Position numbers and translations under genes: made by a program
Assembly (NCBI GenBank): GCA_963825525.1
Contig: CAWGTN010000002.1
Span: 1,696,001-1,760,000, forward strand
Reading direction: 5' to 3'
DNA from: an uncultured Chloroflexia bacterium
GTDB taxonomy: Bacteria > Chloroflexota > Limnocylindria > QHBO01
Length of the DNA stretch: 64,000 nucleotides
Part shown: positions 52,565-64,000 of the stretch, in pieces
Layout of the letters: every line of letters begins with the position of its first letter
Position numbering within the stretch: position 1 is the first letter of the stretch
The notes under the pieces: model-generated
Databases searched by the model: none
What the model saw: the letters and a program-made list of their open reading frames with translations, nothing else
Told to the model about the DNA's origin: nothing

Positions 52565-52989
52565 CGGAGTGGTGGGACCGCCGCGGCGTGGGGGCGGAGA
52601 TACATGGCTGCGTGGCCATGCGCCTCGGTGACGAATCCCAAGGCTTCGAAGAACGGACGTGCCGCCGGGGTGCTCACCAGTGCCACGATACGGCGATCGG
52701 CGCATTGATCGATGGCCATTCGCGCAAGCGCCGAGCCGATTCCACGGCGCTGGTGGTCCGGCCGCACGATGATGTCCCACAGGCTGGCATGCAGCCCGCC
52801 GTCGTCCAGCACGCGCGCGATCCCAACGATCTCTCCGCTCTGGGTTCGTGCCGCGTACCAGGCCGAGCTGGCCGAGACGGCGTCCAGGCGCCATGCCTCA
52901 CGCGTCGGCCACTCGACCCACGCATAGGCGGCGTTGATCTCGTCCGTCGTCAGCTTTGCGTCCGGCTCGATCGGGTAGGCATCGATCAT
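52561..52989 (-). CDS. GNAT family N-acetyltransferase
   Basis: VGIARV, DIIVRPDHQRRGIG, FFEALGF. Confidence 0.88.
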   Translation of the reverse strand: MIDAYPIEPDAKLTTDEINAAYAWVEWPTREAWRLDAVSASSAWYAARTQSGEIVGIARVLDDGGLHASLWDIIVRPDHQRRGIGSALARMAIDQCADRRIVALVSTPAARPFFEALGFVTEAHGHAAMYLRPHAAAVPPLR

Positions 52990-54294
52990 CTACCGCTGCT
53001 CGATCGCACGGTAGTCGCGGGCGCCCGGGCCGATGTATACCTGCCGTGGGCGCCCCAGCCGAGACTCCTTCGACGTCATCATCTCGCGCCACTGGGCGAT
53101 CCAGCCGGGCAGCCGCCCGATGGCGAAGCTGTTCGTGAACATGTTGGTCGGGAATCCGATCGCGCGGTAGATCAGGCCCGAGTAGAAGTCGACGTTCGGG
53201 TAGAGCTTGCGGCTGATGAAGTACTCGTCGCGAAGCGCAACGCCCTCCAGCTCCTGGGCCACCTCGAACAGGCGATCGTCGGCGCCGGTTGCCGCCAGCA
53301 CGCGTTCCGCGGCGCGCTTGATGATCTTGGCGCGCGGGTCGAAGTTCTTGTAGACGCGATGGCCGAAGCCCGCGAGGCGGAAGGAGTCGTCCGGGTCCTT
53401 CGCCTTGTCAACCCACTTCCTGACGTTTCCGCCGTCTGCGACGATGGCCTCCAGCGTGTTGATGACCGCCTCGTTGGCGCCGCCATGCAGTGGGCCCCAG
53501 AGCGAGGAGATCCCGGCGCTGATCGACGCGTACAGGTTGGCATGCGTGCTTCCCACCAGCCGCACGGTCGAGGTCGATGCGTTCTGTTCGTGATCGGCGT
53601 GAAGGATGAGCAGGAGGTCCAACGCCTCTGCCACCGTCGGATCGACGCGATAGTCCTCGGTCGGCACGGCGAACATCATGTGCAGCAGGTTGGACGAGTA
53701 GCCCAGGTCATTGCGGGGGTAGACATAGGGCTGGCCGATCGCCTTCTTGAACGACCAGGCGGCCAGGGTGGGCAGCTTGGCGATCAGCCGGTTGATGGTG
53801 ATCTCGACCGCATCAGGATCGAAGATGTTCTGGCTGTCCGGGTAGAAGGTGCTCATGCCGACGGTCCCGGATGCGAGCACCGCCATCGGGTGCGCGTCGG
53901 CGGGGAAGGAGTCGAAGAAGTGACGCATCTCCTCCCGGATCAGGGTGTGATGGGTCACCTCCGAGACGAACGCATCCAGCTGCTTCTGTGTCGGAAGCTC
54001 GCCCCAGATGAGCAGGTAGGCGACCTCCAGGAAGCTCGAGTGCTCGGCCAGCTGCTCGATGGGGTAGCCGCGGTAGCGGAGGACCCCCTCCTCGCCGTCG
54101 AGGTAGGTGATGGCGCTGGTGCAGGACCCGGTGTTGGCGTATCCGGGGTCGAGCGTGATCATCCCGGTCTCCGCCCGCAGCGATCCGATGTCGATGGCGT
54201 CGTCACCGTCCGTGCCGCGCACGATCGGCAGGTCGAGGTCGCGCTCGCCGATGCTGAGACGTGCACCGCCGAGGGTCGCGGTCTCGGCGCTCAT
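52990..54294 (-). CDS. gltA: citrate synthase
   Basis: [54 protein letters not shown]. Confidence 0.97.
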   Translation of the reverse strand: MSAETATLGGARLSIGERDLDLPIVRGTDGDDAIDIGSLRAETGMITLDPGYANTGSCTSAITYLDGEEGVLRYRGYPIEQLAEHSSFLEVAYLLIWGELPTQKQLDAFVSEVTHHTLIREEMRHFFDSFPADAHPMAVLASGTVGMSTFYPDSQNIFDPDAVEITINRLIAKLPTLAAWSFKKAIGQPYVYPRNDLGYSSNLLHMMFAVPTEDYRVDPTVAEALDLLLILHADHEQNASTSTVRLVGSTHANLYASISAGISSLWGPLHGGANEAVINTLEAIVADGGNVRKWVDKAKDPDDSFRLAGFGHRVYKNFDPRAKIIKRAAERVLAATGADDRLFEVAQELEGVALRDEYFISRKLYPNVDFYSGLIYRAIGFPTNMFTNSFAIGRLPGWIAQWREMMTSKESRLGRPRQVYIGPGARDYRAIEQR

Positions 54295-55286
54295 GTCAGC
54301 AGCTCCTCGACCGCGGCGCGTTCCTCCATCAGCTCGGCCGTGGTCGTCTCGATGCGCGAGCGGGCAAACGGCCCGTGTTCGATGCCACCCACGATCTCGA
54401 CGACGCCGGTTGCGCTCGCCCGCAGCGGATACCCGAACACGAGGCCATCGGGGACGTCGTAGCCGTCACCGGGCGAGGTTCGGATGGCCGCGCTGAACGT
54501 CTGCCCGCTCGGCTGCGCAATGTTGCGAACCGTGTCGATCGCCGCGTTCGCGGCACTGGCCGCGCTCGACTGGCCGCGGGCCTTGATGATCGCGGCGCCC
54601 CGTTGCTGGACGTTGGTGATGAACGCTCCGCGGAGCCAATCCTCGTCGCTGATCACATCGGGGGCTGGCACTCCGGCGATGGTGGCATGCCACGCATCGG
54701 GAAATTGGGTTGCCGAATGGTTCCCCCAGATGGCCAGGTCGCGGACCTCGCGCACGGGGACGCCGGCCCGGGCCGCAAGCTGCGATCGACCACGGTTCTC
54801 GTCCAGCATCGTCATCGCGAACCAGCGGTCGGTCGGCATGCCGTGCCGTGCGGCCGCGATGGACCCGATGAGCGCGTTCGTGTTGCATGGGTTCCCGACC
54901 ACCAGGACGCGGCACCCATCTGCCGAATTGCGTGCGATCGCCTCACCCTGGCCGGTGAAGATGCCGCCGTTGATCCCAAGGAGATCCTTGCGCTCCATGC
55001 CCTCGCGACGCGGCACGGCCCCGACCAACAGCGCCCAGTCGGCGCCGGTGAACGCCTCGTTGCTGTCCGAGGTGCAGACGACCGACTCCAGGAGCGGGAA
55101 CGCGCAATCCTCCAGCTCCATGCGCACGCCATCGAGTGCCGGCAGAGCGGCATCGAGCTCCAGCAGCCGCAGGCGGACGGGTGTGCTCGCGCCGAACGCC
55201 TGCCCGGAAGCGATCCGGAAGAGGAGCGCATAGCCGATCTGGCCGGCGGCACCGGTGACGGCCACCGTGACGGGGGTGTCGGACAT
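54291..55286 (-). CDS. mdh: malate dehydrogenase
   Basis: [42 protein letters not shown]. Confidence 0.96.
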   Translation of the reverse strand: MSDTPVTVAVTGAAGQIGYALLFRIASGQAFGASTPVRLRLLELDAALPALDGVRMELEDCAFPLLESVVCTSDSNEAFTGADWALLVGAVPRREGMERKDLLGINGGIFTGQGEAIARNSADGCRVLVVGNPCNTNALIGSIAAARHGMPTDRWFAMTMLDENRGRSQLAARAGVPVREVRDLAIWGNHSATQFPDAWHATIAGVPAPDVISDEDWLRGAFITNVQQRGAAIIKARGQSSAASAANAAIDTVRNIAQPSGQTFSAAIRTSPGDGYDVPDGLVFGYPLRASATGVVEIVGGIEHGPFARSRIETTTAELMEERAAVEELLT

Positions 55287-55331
55287 CGGTCTCCTGATCG
55301 TAGTGAGGTCAATTCCGAGTGTAGCGCAGGC

Positions 55332-55853
55332 TCAGGTTGCGTCCGAATCCAGGACGCCGGAGCGTCCCGCCGCCCAATCCTCGACGGCAGCCGCCATCGA
55401 GGCAAAGGCGATCCTGGGAAGCCAGGAGTCGATGGCCGAGCGTGGGACCCAGCGGTGATCGCTCGACTCGAAATCGAGACTGACCTCGGCACCGGGCTCC
55501 ATCGGTCGTGCGCGGTAGACCGCGGTCACGGCGTTCGCCGGCGGAGAGTGATAGACCCCGGCGAGCGCCACGAGCCGCACCTCCAGGCCGGACTCCTCGC
55601 GAGCCTCACGGCGTGCGGCCATCTCGAAGGATTCGCCCGGGTCAAGGTAGCCGGCAGGAAGGTCCCAACCTCCGCGGCCGGGATCGACGGCTCGTTTCAG
55701 TAACAGGATCGCCGGCTCGGTCCCCTCACGCTCGAGGAGCACCGCCGCGGCCGGGCGCGGATTCGCGTACCAGCGCCAGCTGCAGCGCTCGCAGACTAGC
55801 GGCTGCTCGGCCGTGGTCGCGCAGTGCGGACAGGCGACCACGGAACGGCTCAC
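55332..55853 (-). CDS. NUDIX hydrolase with N-terminal zinc ribbon
   Basis: CPHC...CERC, Y.NP, Nudix box G......GES...AARREAREESGL. Confidence 0.9.
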   Translation of the reverse strand: MSRSVVACPHCATTAEQPLVCERCSWRWYANPRPAAAVLLEREGTEPAILLLKRAVDPGRGGWDLPAGYLDPGESFEMAARREAREESGLEVRLVALAGVYHSPPANAVTAVYRARPMEPGAEVSLDFESSDHRWVPRSAIDSWLPRIAFASMAAAVEDWAAGRSGVLDSDAT

Positions 55854-56320
55854 GCCGGGAGGGTAGCAGCGTCCCGATTGTCCTGATCCCGTGCGTCGCT
55901 CTCGATGAACGCCTCGACCCGCAGCCGAAGATCGTCTCGCGCGTCCCTGAAGGCGGCCACGCGTGCCTCGGGGTCGGCCTTGATGGCCGATGGGTCGTCG
56001 ACACTCCAGTGGAGCTGCCGGCGGACCCCGGGGATGGTCGGACACGACTCACGGGCCTGATCGCAGACCGTGATCAGCCACGCGAATGACTCGCCGAGAA
56101 ACGCCTCCAGGGTCTTGCTGGACTGCGTCGAGATGTCAATGCCGATCTCGCGCATGACCTCGATCGCCTCGGGACGCACCCCGGTAGCCTCGGTACCCGC
56201 GCTCATAACCTCGAATCGGTCCGCGGCCCACGCTCGCAGCATGCCCTCCGCCATCTGGCTGCGAGCGCTGTTGTGGGTGCAGACGAAGATCACGCGGTCG
56301 CGTTCCGGTTCTGGCCTCAT
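55850..56320 (-). CDS. arsC: arsenate reductase, LMW-PTP family
   Basis: CTHNSARSQMAEG, SAGT, ITVCD...E.CP, HW..DDP. Confidence 0.9.
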   Translation of the reverse strand: MRPEPERDRVIFVCTHNSARSQMAEGMLRAWAADRFEVMSAGTEATGVRPEAIEVMREIGIDISTQSSKTLEAFLGESFAWLITVCDQARESCPTIPGVRRQLHWSVDDPSAIKADPEARVAAFRDARDDLRLRVEAFIESDARDQDNRDAATLPA

Positions 56321-56341
56321 CCGCAGATCGTACGTCGATCG

Positions 56342-56403
56342 TCGTCCACAAGTGGGGAAAGGCTGTGGATAACTCCCCCAATCGGCGGCAAGTTGGTGGA
56401 GAA
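56342..56403. promoter_or_regulatory. DnaA-box cluster
   Basis: Perfect TGTGGATAA at 56364-56372, plus TCGTCCACA (56342-56350) and GGTGGAGAA (56395-56403). Confidence 0.5.
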
Positions 56404-56570
56404 GGGGTATGGACGGCGCGGCGCGCGGGCACGTATGCTCAGTTCGTCCCGAAGGGGCAGCCAACGGCACCAGCGATTGCATCAACGGTCTGACGGCGGT
56501 TCCTTCGGGACATTTCGCTGTCCGGCTCCGGGCATCGACGGCTCCGTGGCATGCCGTACCATCGAGCACC

Positions 56571-58064
56571 GTGCCGACGCTCCGAGAGATCCTGAACGCC
56601 ACCCTGGCCATCGTCGGGTCGGTGGTTGTCGCGACCATGGCCGCAGTCCTCGTCGACGTGGCGGGTGCGACGCCACCCGTTCCGCCGGCTGTCGCCGCAG
56701 CCGTCGTCGCCGTCTGCTTCTGGTGGCGCGCACCGGAAGGACTCGGGGCCTTCGGCGTCTTCGTGCTGCTGGCCGCGACGATCGAGCATTGGACAGGCGT
56801 CGACTTGCTGCTGTTCGACGAGATCGCCGTGCTGATGTTTGCCGTGGTGGCGGTCGTGCGTCACGGGGCCCCGAACGGAAGAATCCGGGTGGGTGCCGCC
56901 GAGCTCGGCCTGGCGGCGCTCGCCGCGGCAGGGCTCACCTCGAGCCTCGTCGAGTCGGTTCCGGTGGTGACCATGCTGGCCGGCCTTGCGCTGCTGCTCA
57001 AGGCGGTGGCCCTGTTCTACATCGTCTCGTGGCTCCGACTTCGGTCCACCGACGTCGCGCGGGTTGGCATCGTCGTCATCGGCCTGGGGGTGCTCATCGG
57101 CTTCGCCGGCTTCGTGGAGTGGCTGAATCCGGCCGCATTCCAGACCGCCCTGAACCTGCCCCCGTTTGCGCAGACCCGTGGAGGCATCTCCGTGGTGCGC
57201 TCGATCTTCCTGCATCCCGCGCTCTACGGCTGGCTGACCGCCTTCACCGCGCTGCTGCTGTATGCGATCTTCCTGACCCGACGCTCGTGGTGGGCGCTCC
57301 CACTTGCCCTCGCCCTGAGCCTGGGGACCTTGCTCTCGGGGCGACGGACGCCGCTGGTGGGCGTCGTGCTCGGCCTCGTGGCAGGGCTGGCCTGGCAGTT
57401 CCGCAGCTCAGCGACGCGCGCCAGCCTGGTGCGGACCTGGATCCCGATCTTCGTCGCGGGGGTGGTCGCGATCGTCCTCCTCCTGCCGACGTTGAGCACC
57501 ATGGTCACCCACACGCTCAGCGAGTACCTGCCGGACCGAGCGGCGGTCTCGGAGCTCTTCTCGGACGACCCGGATCCGGCGGTCGTCGCCGTCCTCCATC
57601 CGCGGACGGCGCTCTACCTCGGCTCGGTGGCGGTCGCCATCGATCGGCTGCCGCTCGGCGCGGGATTCGGACGATACGGGAGTCACCTGAGCCGATCGGA
57701 GTACAGCCCGATCTACGCGGACTACGGGCTCGATCGGATCGCATACCTGCAGCCGGAGCGAGCGGATGCGGTCACCGACACCTATTGGCCGATGGTGCTA
57801 GGCGAGACCGGGCTCATCGGCCTGCTGGGGGCACTGACCTTCATCGGCGTCCTCACGGCTCGCCTCTGGCGGGCCACGGGTGCCTCGTCCGAGGCCCTGG
57901 TCCGCACCATCTCGCTCGGCGTGCTCATGATCTTCGCCGAGGGCCTCGTCCGGTCACTGACGGCGTCGGTCTACACCGCCCCGCCCATCGCCCACTTCAT
58001 CCTTGGCGCGGCGGGGCTCTCGATCGCCCTCCAGCGCACCGCCGAGGAGGAGAGCGCGGACTAG
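56571..58064 (+). CDS. O-antigen ligase/Wzy-like polytopic membrane protein
   Basis: About 12 TM; LSG.R, periplasmic R...Y...[18 protein letters not shown]. Confidence 0.75.
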   Translation: MPTLREILNATLAIVGSVVVATMAAVLVDVAGATPPVPPAVAAAVVAVCFWWRAPEGLGAFGVFVLLAATIEHWTGVDLLLFDEIAVLMFAVVAVVRHGAPNGRIRVGAAELGLAALAAAGLTSSLVESVPVVTMLAGLALLLKAVALFYIVSWLRLRSTDVARVGIVVIGLGVLIGFAGFVEWLNPAAFQTALNLPPFAQTRGGISVVRSIFLHPALYGWLTAFTALLLYAIFLTRRSWWALPLALALSLGTLLSGRRTPLVGVVLGLVAGLAWQFRSSATRASLVRTWIPIFVAGVVAIVLLLPTLSTMVTHTLSEYLPDRAAVSELFSDDPDPAVVAVLHPRTALYLGSVAVAIDRLPLGAGFGRYGSHLSRSEYSPIYADYGLDRIAYLQPERADAVTDTYWPMVLGETGLIGLLGALTFIGVLTARLWRATGASSEALVRTISLGVLMIFAEGLVRSLTASVYTAPPIAHFILGAAGLSIALQRTAEEESAD

Positions 58065-58786
58065 AGCTCGATCTCCCGCTGCAGGCGTCGCACGACCTCG
58101 GCGGTCTCGTCGTCGGGCCCATGGCCCGGCTCGGAGGCCGGGCCGGCGAAGGTGCCGAACTGGCGGTCACCGGCGTCCCCGAGCCCCGGAACGATGTACC
58201 CGCGCTCGTTGAGGTGGGAGTCGAGTGCCGCAACGTGGATGTCGACGTCCGGATGCGCCGCGCTCAGGGTCGCAACGCCCTCGGGTGCGGCAATCAGGCT
58301 CACCTGCTTGATGCGTGCGGCACCCCACTGCTTGAGGATGTCGACGGTCGCCGCCGCCGACCCTCCGGTCGCCAGCATGGGGTCGAGGATCAGGCACACC
58401 TGGACGGTGGCCGCATCCGGGAGCTTGTTGTAGTACTCGACCGGCTTCAGCGTTCGCTCGTCACGATACAGGCCGATGTGCCACACCTCGGCCGATGGCA
58501 GAAGCTCGAGCATGGCGTCGACCATGCCGATGCCGGCACGCAGGATGGGGATCAGGCCGACCTTCGGCTCGAGCCGCGCCCCGGTCATCGGCTCCAGGGG
58601 CGTCTCGATCAGCTGGGGACGCGTCGCGAGGTCGGCCATCGCCTCGTAGCCGAGCAGCCAGGTCAGCTCGCGCACGAGCTCCCGGAACTTCTTCGGCTCG
58701 GTGGCTTTGTCACGCAGGATCGCGAGCTTGTGCGCGACCAGCGGATGCGAGCTGAGGTGGATGGAGTTCGATCCGGAATGCGACAT
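58061..58786 (-). CDS. upp: uracil phosphoribosyltransferase
   Basis: [43 protein letters not shown]. Confidence 0.96.
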   Translation of the reverse strand: MSHSGSNSIHLSSHPLVAHKLAILRDKATEPKKFRELVRELTWLLGYEAMADLATRPQLIETPLEPMTGARLEPKVGLIPILRAGIGMVDAMLELLPSAEVWHIGLYRDERTLKPVEYYNKLPDAATVQVCLILDPMLATGGSAAATVDILKQWGAARIKQVSLIAAPEGVATLSAAHPDVDIHVAALDSHLNERGYIVPGLGDAGDRQFGTFAGPASEPGHGPDDETAEVVRRLQREIEL

Positions 58787-58827
58787 CGGCGCGATTCTAG
58801 CCCGCGCGAGATCGTCACAATGCGCCG

Positions 58828-59946
58828 ATGCGTCCGGTGCTGGTTCCTCTGCCGATGGCATTCGGCGCCTTCGGATTCCTGTGGGGCGCCTGGCAGGCGG
58901 CGTTGCCGGACCTCGCCGCCCACTACGGCCTGAGCACCGGTCCGCTGGGACTGATGCTGACCGCGGGATTCGCGGTCGCTCTGCCCGTCATGCTGGCGAC
59001 CGGCCGAATGATCGACCGAATCGGCCACCAGGTCGGGATCGCGGTCACGGCCCTGGGGCTGGCCTTGGGCCTCGTGGTGGTCGGGACGCTCGGGCCGCTG
59101 CCGGCACTCGTTGCCGGGGTCATCCTGCTGGCCGCCGGCAGCGGCGCCTTCGACGTCGCCATCAACGGTGCCGCGCTCGCCGACGAGGGATGGAGCCGTC
59201 CGGCGCGTCTGACGCTCCTCCACGCGGCGTTCAGCGGTGGCGGCATGGTCGGGGCGCTGGGGGCCGGCGTGGCGCTCGGTGCAGGCCTCCGCTTCGAGCT
59301 CGTCTATCCAGTGCTCGCCGTCGTGCTGCTGGTGGCGGCTAGCCTCTCACTGGCGGGGGAGCGCCGGCCGGTGGAGCGCAGCGGCACGGTTCCGCGCGGT
59401 ATCGCCATGGCCATGCTCCCGCTCGCCGCTCTGGCGGGGCTGGCCTTCCTTGCCGAGGGGTCGATGGAGACGTGGTCGGCCATCTACCTGCGCGACGCCC
59501 TCGGGGCCGCAGCGTTCGTGGGCGCGCTGGGTCCCGGGGCCTTCCATGCCGCGATGCTGATGGGCCGCCTGATCGGTGCCGGGGTGGCGACCAGCCTCGG
59601 CGCGCCCACCACTCTGCTGGTGTCGGGGTCCCTGATCCTCGTTGGCATGATCGTGGCGCTGGCCGTGCCGGTGGCGGGGGTCGCGATTGGCGCAATGTTC
59701 GTGGCGGCGCTCGGCGCCGCATTCGTGGTCCCTGTGGTGGTGAGCCTGGCTGGACGTCGGGCCGGACCGTACGCCGGTCGCGCCGCCTCGTACGTGCTCT
59801 CGATCGGGTACGCCGGCTTCCTGGTCGGCCCATCCGCCGTTGGGATCATCGGCGAGCTCGCCGGCCTTCGCGCCGGCCTGGCGGTCATTCCGCTTGCCGC
59901 CGTCATCCTGGTCATCGCCTCGCGCACGCGCGTCGTTCGGTCGTGA
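58828..59946 (+). CDS. MFS transporter
   Basis: 12 TM; [22 protein letters not shown]....WS.IYL. Confidence 0.88.
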   Translation: MRPVLVPLPMAFGAFGFLWGAWQAALPDLAAHYGLSTGPLGLMLTAGFAVALPVMLATGRMIDRIGHQVGIAVTALGLALGLVVVGTLGPLPALVAGVILLAAGSGAFDVAINGAALADEGWSRPARLTLLHAAFSGGGMVGALGAGVALGAGLRFELVYPVLAVVLLVAASLSLAGERRPVERSGTVPRGIAMAMLPLAALAGLAFLAEGSMETWSAIYLRDALGAAAFVGALGPGAFHAAMLMGRLIGAGVATSLGAPTTLLVSGSLILVGMIVALAVPVAGVAIGAMFVAALGAAFVVPVVVSLAGRRAGPYAGRAASYVLSIGYAGFLVGPSAVGIIGELAGLRAGLAVIPLAAVILVIASRTRVVRS

Positions 59947-60103
59947 CCGTGGCCCTGGTACGAGTCCTGCGGGAGCCTCCGAGGCGGAACTACCTCGGGT
60001 GGCCGCATGCTGCTACGCTATCGGTTCGTGTGTGACCCATTTCGCGCATGGACCGTGTGCCCGCCCGTCGCTCGGATCCGCCACCTGAGGAGGTTAGGAG
60101 AGC

Positions 60104-60736
60104 ATGGTCTTCGGATCAAAGCGAGAAACCAAGCCGGACAGCCTGTCGCGCGAGGACGTGGTCGGGAACCTGTATCCGGACAACCTGACGAGTGAGGTCG
60201 ACGTGGCACAGTCACCCAGCGAATTCCCCCGCCGTGATGATCGCGGCAACGAGAGCGTCATCGATCCCCATGCCCGGTTCAACGGGAAGTACGTCAGCGA
60301 TCGCGACCTGCGCATCGAGGGCGAGGCGCAGGGCGAGATCGAGTGTCAGGGAACGCTGATCATCAGCCCACAGGCTCGCGTCCGCAGTGCGATCAAGGCC
60401 CACAACGTGGTCGTCAATGGCGACTACGAGGGTGACGTCGACTGCGGTGGTCGCTTCGAGATCGGCTCGACCGGTCGCGTCAAGGGCAACATCAAGACCC
60501 AGGTCCTGGTGGTCAAGGAAGGCGCTCACTGGGAGGGCGGAGTCACCATGACCCGCGAGCCCGGCGCCCGCCCGGCACCCGGCACCGCGCAGCCCGGCCA
60601 GAGCGGCGCAGCGCCCGGAGCGCAGCGCTCGGGCGGAGGCAGCATCTTCAGCAAGGGCGAGCGCGACGCGGAGAAGGCCGGAGCCGAGCAGCCGCGTGAG
60701 GGTCAGCCGGCCGGTCAGGGCGGCGGCGGCCAGTAG
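60104..60736 (+). CDS. bactofilin (polymer-forming cytoskeletal protein)
   Basis: Beta-helix repeats (F.G......LRIEG...GEI...G.LII; G.V.G.I....LVV.EGA..EG) with disordered tails; strong RBS. Confidence 0.88.
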   Translation: MVFGSKRETKPDSLSREDVVGNLYPDNLTSEVDVAQSPSEFPRRDDRGNESVIDPHARFNGKYVSDRDLRIEGEAQGEIECQGTLIISPQARVRSAIKAHNVVVNGDYEGDVDCGGRFEIGSTGRVKGNIKTQVLVVKEGAHWEGGVTMTREPGARPAPGTAQPGQSGAAPGAQRSGGGSIFSKGERDAEKAGAEQPREGQPAGQGGGGQ

Positions 60737-60757
60737 GCTCCCGGCGCCCCCTCGAGG

Positions 60758-61819
60758 GTGAGCCCGGCCCGACGCTCGGCCTCCACCGCTCCACCGGTGC
60801 TGGTGGAGGTGACCCGCGGCGATCGGGTCGAGTCCGCGCACCGCGGATCCATCGCGGTCGTGGCCCCGGACGGGACGGCGATCGCATCGGTCGGTGATCC
60901 CGACCAGTTCATCTTCCTGCGTTCGAGCGCCAAGCCTTTCCAGCTGGCGCCGTTCGTCGCCTCCGGACGCTTCGACGAGTACCGGCTGGGCGACGAGGCC
61001 CTGGCGGTGATGGCCGCCAGCCACAGTGGCGAGGACCGCCACGTGCGGCTCGTCCAGGAGATCCTTCGACGTGCCGGCCTGACGAGCGCGGTTCTCCAGA
61101 ACCAGGTCCACGCGCCATACGATCGCGAGACGGCTCGCCGGCTCATCCGAGACGGGGAGCAGCCGACGGCGCTGCGTGGCAACTGCTCCGGCAAGCACGC
61201 CGCGATGATCCTGTTCGCCAAGGCCTCGGGGTGGCCGATCGACACGTATTGGGACGCTGACCATCCCGTCCAGCGCATGGCGCTCGAGACCGTGTCGGCG
61301 CTGTCGGACGTTCCGCTGGAGCGGATCGTCAGGGCGACCGATGGCTGCGGCGTGGTCACCTTCGGCATGCCGCTGCGAGGCCTGGCCCTGGCGTTCGGCC
61401 GTCTCGCTGATCCATCCTCGGTCGCCGACCCGCCGCTGCGATCGGCCCTGCTGCGCATCCGCGACGCGATGATCGCCCACCCGGACCTCGTGGCCGGCAC
61501 CCGGGGTCGCATCGATACCGCGCTGATGCGTGTCGGGGCCGGCACGATCGTCGCCAAGGGCGGGGCCGAGGGGGTCGGCGCGGTCGGCCTGCTGGCCGGA
61601 TCCAGGGGCGGATGGTCACCTGCCGGAATGGCGCTCACGATCGAGGACGGGGGAGCCGCGCAACGGGCGGTGAACGTCGCCACCGTCGAGGCACTGCGGC
61701 AGGCCAACGCCCTCGACTCGGATCAGGTCAGCGCGTTGGACGAGTACGCGAGCCCACCGATCCGCGACCCGCGCGGTGTCCCGTCCGGGGAGATCCGGCC
61801 CTCGTTCAACCTGGTCTGA
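60758..61819 (+). CDS. Rhizobium-type L-asparaginase II family protein
   Basis: RG..VES.HRG, RSSAKPFQ, ASHSGE, NCSGKHA, DGCG, AKGGAEG. Confidence 0.9.
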   Translation: MSPARRSASTAPPVLVEVTRGDRVESAHRGSIAVVAPDGTAIASVGDPDQFIFLRSSAKPFQLAPFVASGRFDEYRLGDEALAVMAASHSGEDRHVRLVQEILRRAGLTSAVLQNQVHAPYDRETARRLIRDGEQPTALRGNCSGKHAAMILFAKASGWPIDTYWDADHPVQRMALETVSALSDVPLERIVRATDGCGVVTFGMPLRGLALAFGRLADPSSVADPPLRSALLRIRDAMIAHPDLVAGTRGRIDTALMRVGAGTIVAKGGAEGVGAVGLLAGSRGGWSPAGMALTIEDGGAAQRAVNVATVEALRQANALDSDQVSALDEYASPPIRDPRGVPSGEIRPSFNLV

Positions 61820-62969
61820 CCGGACCCGCCACCGAGTGGTGGCGCTCGGTCGAGCGTCCCTCCACCAGCACCAGGGCCAGGAGGGTGACCGCGACCACCA
61901 CCAGGGAGAGCACCGGTGCGAGTGGAGCGGTGACGAACAGGAGCGCGACCATCACCGTCAGCGCGACCGCTCGAGCCACGAGGACCCGGCGGTAGAAATA
62001 CCAGTAGGCAATGGCCGAGAACCCGACGAAGAGCACGACGCCCACGCCGAGTGCGCCGATGACCGCCCCGGACGCTGGCTCGTCGGGATGCGCGACGAAC
62101 TCCTCGACGGCAACGGCAAAGCCGACGATGCCGCAGATCAGCGGGAAGTGGGCGAGACTGAACGCGTCGCGCGCGGCGGCACCCATTCGCGCCGGGGCCA
62201 TGCCCGCGAGGCCGTGTTCCAGCGCCTGCTGCAGCCAGCCGAAGTAGCTCCACCACATGAGGCCGGCCGCAGCCAGCGCCGCCACGGCCACGCCGACCAG
62301 GGGCACCGTTCTGGTCTCGCCCGCGACGGCCGTTCCGGCCACGATGAGTGACTCGCCGATGGCGATGATCACGAACAGGCCGTGCCGCTCCGAGATGTGG
62401 GCCGGATTGAGGTCCCACTCGCGAGCCCGTCCGGCGACTGCCGCGGCGACGAGATCGGCAACGACCGCGCCTACCCAGAGCGCCGTCCGCAGGTTGGGAT
62501 CCGCGATGGCACCGGCGAGGACGAGGCCCAGACCGATCACCGAATATGCGGCCCACGTCCAGACTCCGCCGTGGTTGGATGTCGAGTCCTCGATCTCCAC
62601 CCTGATCTGGAGCGCGAGTCCCAGGACCCGGACCGTGAGATACGGGACGGCAAACCAGATCGCATCCGACCCAAAGGCACCCTCGACCGCGGTCGCCATC
62701 ACGAACGCCGCACCGGTGGCCAGGATGGTGACCAGGCGGACGCCCTGGTGGGTGGTATCGGCCGGATTCAGGGTCCAGGTGAACTGCGTCCACGCCCACC
62801 AGATGAGCCAGAACAGCAGGAGCGAGTGGAGAATGCCGCTCGCCGTCAGGTGGTGCGCGGTCAGCGCGGTGACCTGGGTGACGGCGAAGACGAAGACGAG
62901 ATCGAAGAACAGCTCGACGAACGTGACCGGCTGCGGCTCCGGGGTGTGAAACGATCGGCGTGCGGTCAC
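61806..62969 (-). CDS. low temperature requirement protein A (LtrA) family membrane protein
   Basis: VELFFDLVFVFAVTQ, IWWAW, HISERHGLFVIIAIGES, WWSYF. Confidence 0.92.
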   Translation of the reverse strand: MTARRSFHTPEPQPVTFVELFFDLVFVFAVTQVTALTAHHLTASGILHSLLLFWLIWWAWTQFTWTLNPADTTHQGVRLVTILATGAAFVMATAVEGAFGSDAIWFAVPYLTVRVLGLALQIRVEIEDSTSNHGGVWTWAAYSVIGLGLVLAGAIADPNLRTALWVGAVVADLVAAAVAGRAREWDLNPAHISERHGLFVIIAIGESLIVAGTAVAGETRTVPLVGVAVAALAAAGLMWWSYFGWLQQALEHGLAGMAPARMGAAARDAFSLAHFPLICGIVGFAVAVEEFVAHPDEPASGAVIGALGVGVVLFVGFSAIAYWYFYRRVLVARAVALTVMVALLFVTAPLAPVLSLVVVAVTLLALVLVEGRSTERHHSVAGPVRPG

Positions 62970-63701
62970 CCCAGGCTCGTCCGGACCAGCTCGGCGACTC
63001 TCGTGAAGATCGGCGCGAGCACGATCGCCGGCAGGAAGCTCGCGACACGCACCGGCTTCAGGTCCAGGAGCCGCAGCGCGATGCCCATCAGCACGAGCCC
63101 ACCCGTGGCGGTGACCGCCAGGATCGTCACCTCGTCCATGGCCCCCTGGAACAGGGTGGCGCCGGCTGCGATCCCGCCCTGCACCACGAGCACGGTCAGG
63201 GCCGAGAGATAGACGCCGGCGCCCGAGCGCAGCGGCGAACGCGATCGCCGCCACTCCGTCGAGGAGGGACTTGATCGAGAGCAGCTGGATGTCGCCGGTC
63301 AGTCCATTCTGCAGCGACCCCAGGATGGTCAACGGTCCGACGCAGAACACGATGCTCGCGGTCACGAAGCCCTCGGCGATGCGGCTGGGCCGCTCGCCGC
63401 TGGACAGGTGCTCCTGGAACCACGATCCGAGCCACTCCAGGCCATCGTGCAGCCTGACGAGCTCACCGACGATGACGCCGAGGAGCAATGCTCCGAGGAT
63501 CGCGAGATCGTCACCCGGTTGCGCGGCCGGATCGGTGAAGATCGAGAGCGCCATCGACATGGCGAACGCCAGCGTGAAGAATGCGAGCCCGGTCGTCAGG
63601 CTGCCATGCATTCGACCTGGCATGCGGGACCCGATCAGGAGCCCGATCGACGTGCCGACCAGCACGGTGGCCACGTTGAGAAGAGTGCCGGTCAGAAACA
63701 T
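62966..63701 (-). CDS. DUF554 family membrane protein (apparent +1 indel near 63221)
   Basis: GT.LN, EGFVTASIVFCVGP.TILGS, KSLLDG; continues in the next frame as Q.G...TATGG...RVASFLPA. Confidence 0.85.
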
Positions 63702-63721
63702 CCTCGGTAGGGTATGCGAGC

Positions 63722-64000
63722 ATGCAACGCAGCGCACTCCTCCTCGGTATCGTTCTCGTCGTGGTCGGGTGTCGTGCAGATTCGCCGCCGAACCCCGTCC
63801 AGGAGAGCTCGTTGCGCTACGTTGCCCTCGGTGATTCGTACACCATCGGCACCTCGGTGGCCGAGGACGAGCGCTGGCCGAACCAGCTCGTCCGCCAACT
63901 GCGGGGCCTTGAGCTCGTCGGCAACCTGGCGGTGAACGGGTACACGTCACGCGACGTGATCGAGCACGAGCTGCCGGCGCTCGCGGCAGCGGACCCCGAA
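63722..64000 (+). CDS. SGNH/GDSL hydrolase lipoprotein, 3'-truncated
   Basis: MQRSALLLGIVLVVVGC lipobox; YVALGDSYTIG; WP.QL; NLAVNGYT. Confidence 0.85.
   Translation, partial: MQRSALLLGIVLVVVGCRADSPPNPVQESSLRYVALGDSYTIGTSVAEDERWPNQLVRQLRGLELVGNLAVNGYTSRDVIEHELPALAAADPE

Noticed and set aside
55850-56320. Arsenic-resistance operon
   Set aside because: Lone arsC with no arsR, acr3 or arsB.
56342-56403. Replication origin oriC
   Set aside because: No dnaA/dnaN nearby, few boxes and no AT-rich DUE.
61806-63950. 714-aa DUF554-LtrA fusion in the ORF track
   Set aside because: Artefact of an indel near 63221. The DUF554 C-terminus is in another frame and ends in a GTGA overlap with the LtrA start.

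Overview
High-GC bacterial chromosomal segment. Gene content and style suggest Chloroflexota or an Actinomycetota-like lineage (inference). It is mostly housekeeping: pyrR-pyrB-pyrC...pyrE with a PyrR binding loop, an ECF sigma/anti-sigma pair, tRNA-Gly(CCC), rsgA, a sufB-sufD-Rieske-Rrf2-sufC-sufS-sufU-moeZ-cysO-cysM-mec sulfur operon, lgt, transsulfuration genes, gltA/mdh, upp and a bactofilin. The best candidate for an undescribed system is 14310-18844: a Crp/Fnr regulator, a 122-aa multi-cassette peptide with six D-rich VEGH-GFRKGAT units, a stand-alone GAF protein, a signal-peptide-less S8 protease and an MFS transporter fused to a cNMP-binding domain. This looks like a cyclic-nucleotide-linked peptide-processing/export (RiPP- or signal-like) module. 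Other oddities are a CcoN-like protein lacking its metal-ligand histidines, a GalT pair with one degenerate active site, a lysyl-oxidase-CWB2 fusion, a divergent enolase/phosphatase pair, a CysO with a masked C-terminal GG, a perfect CRP site before lgt, a DnaA-box cluster and pervasive leaderless promoters. Several single-base insertions break genes and are most likely sequencing errors. No CRISPR array, integrase or IS element was seen. All family assignments come from motif recognition by eye, not database searches.
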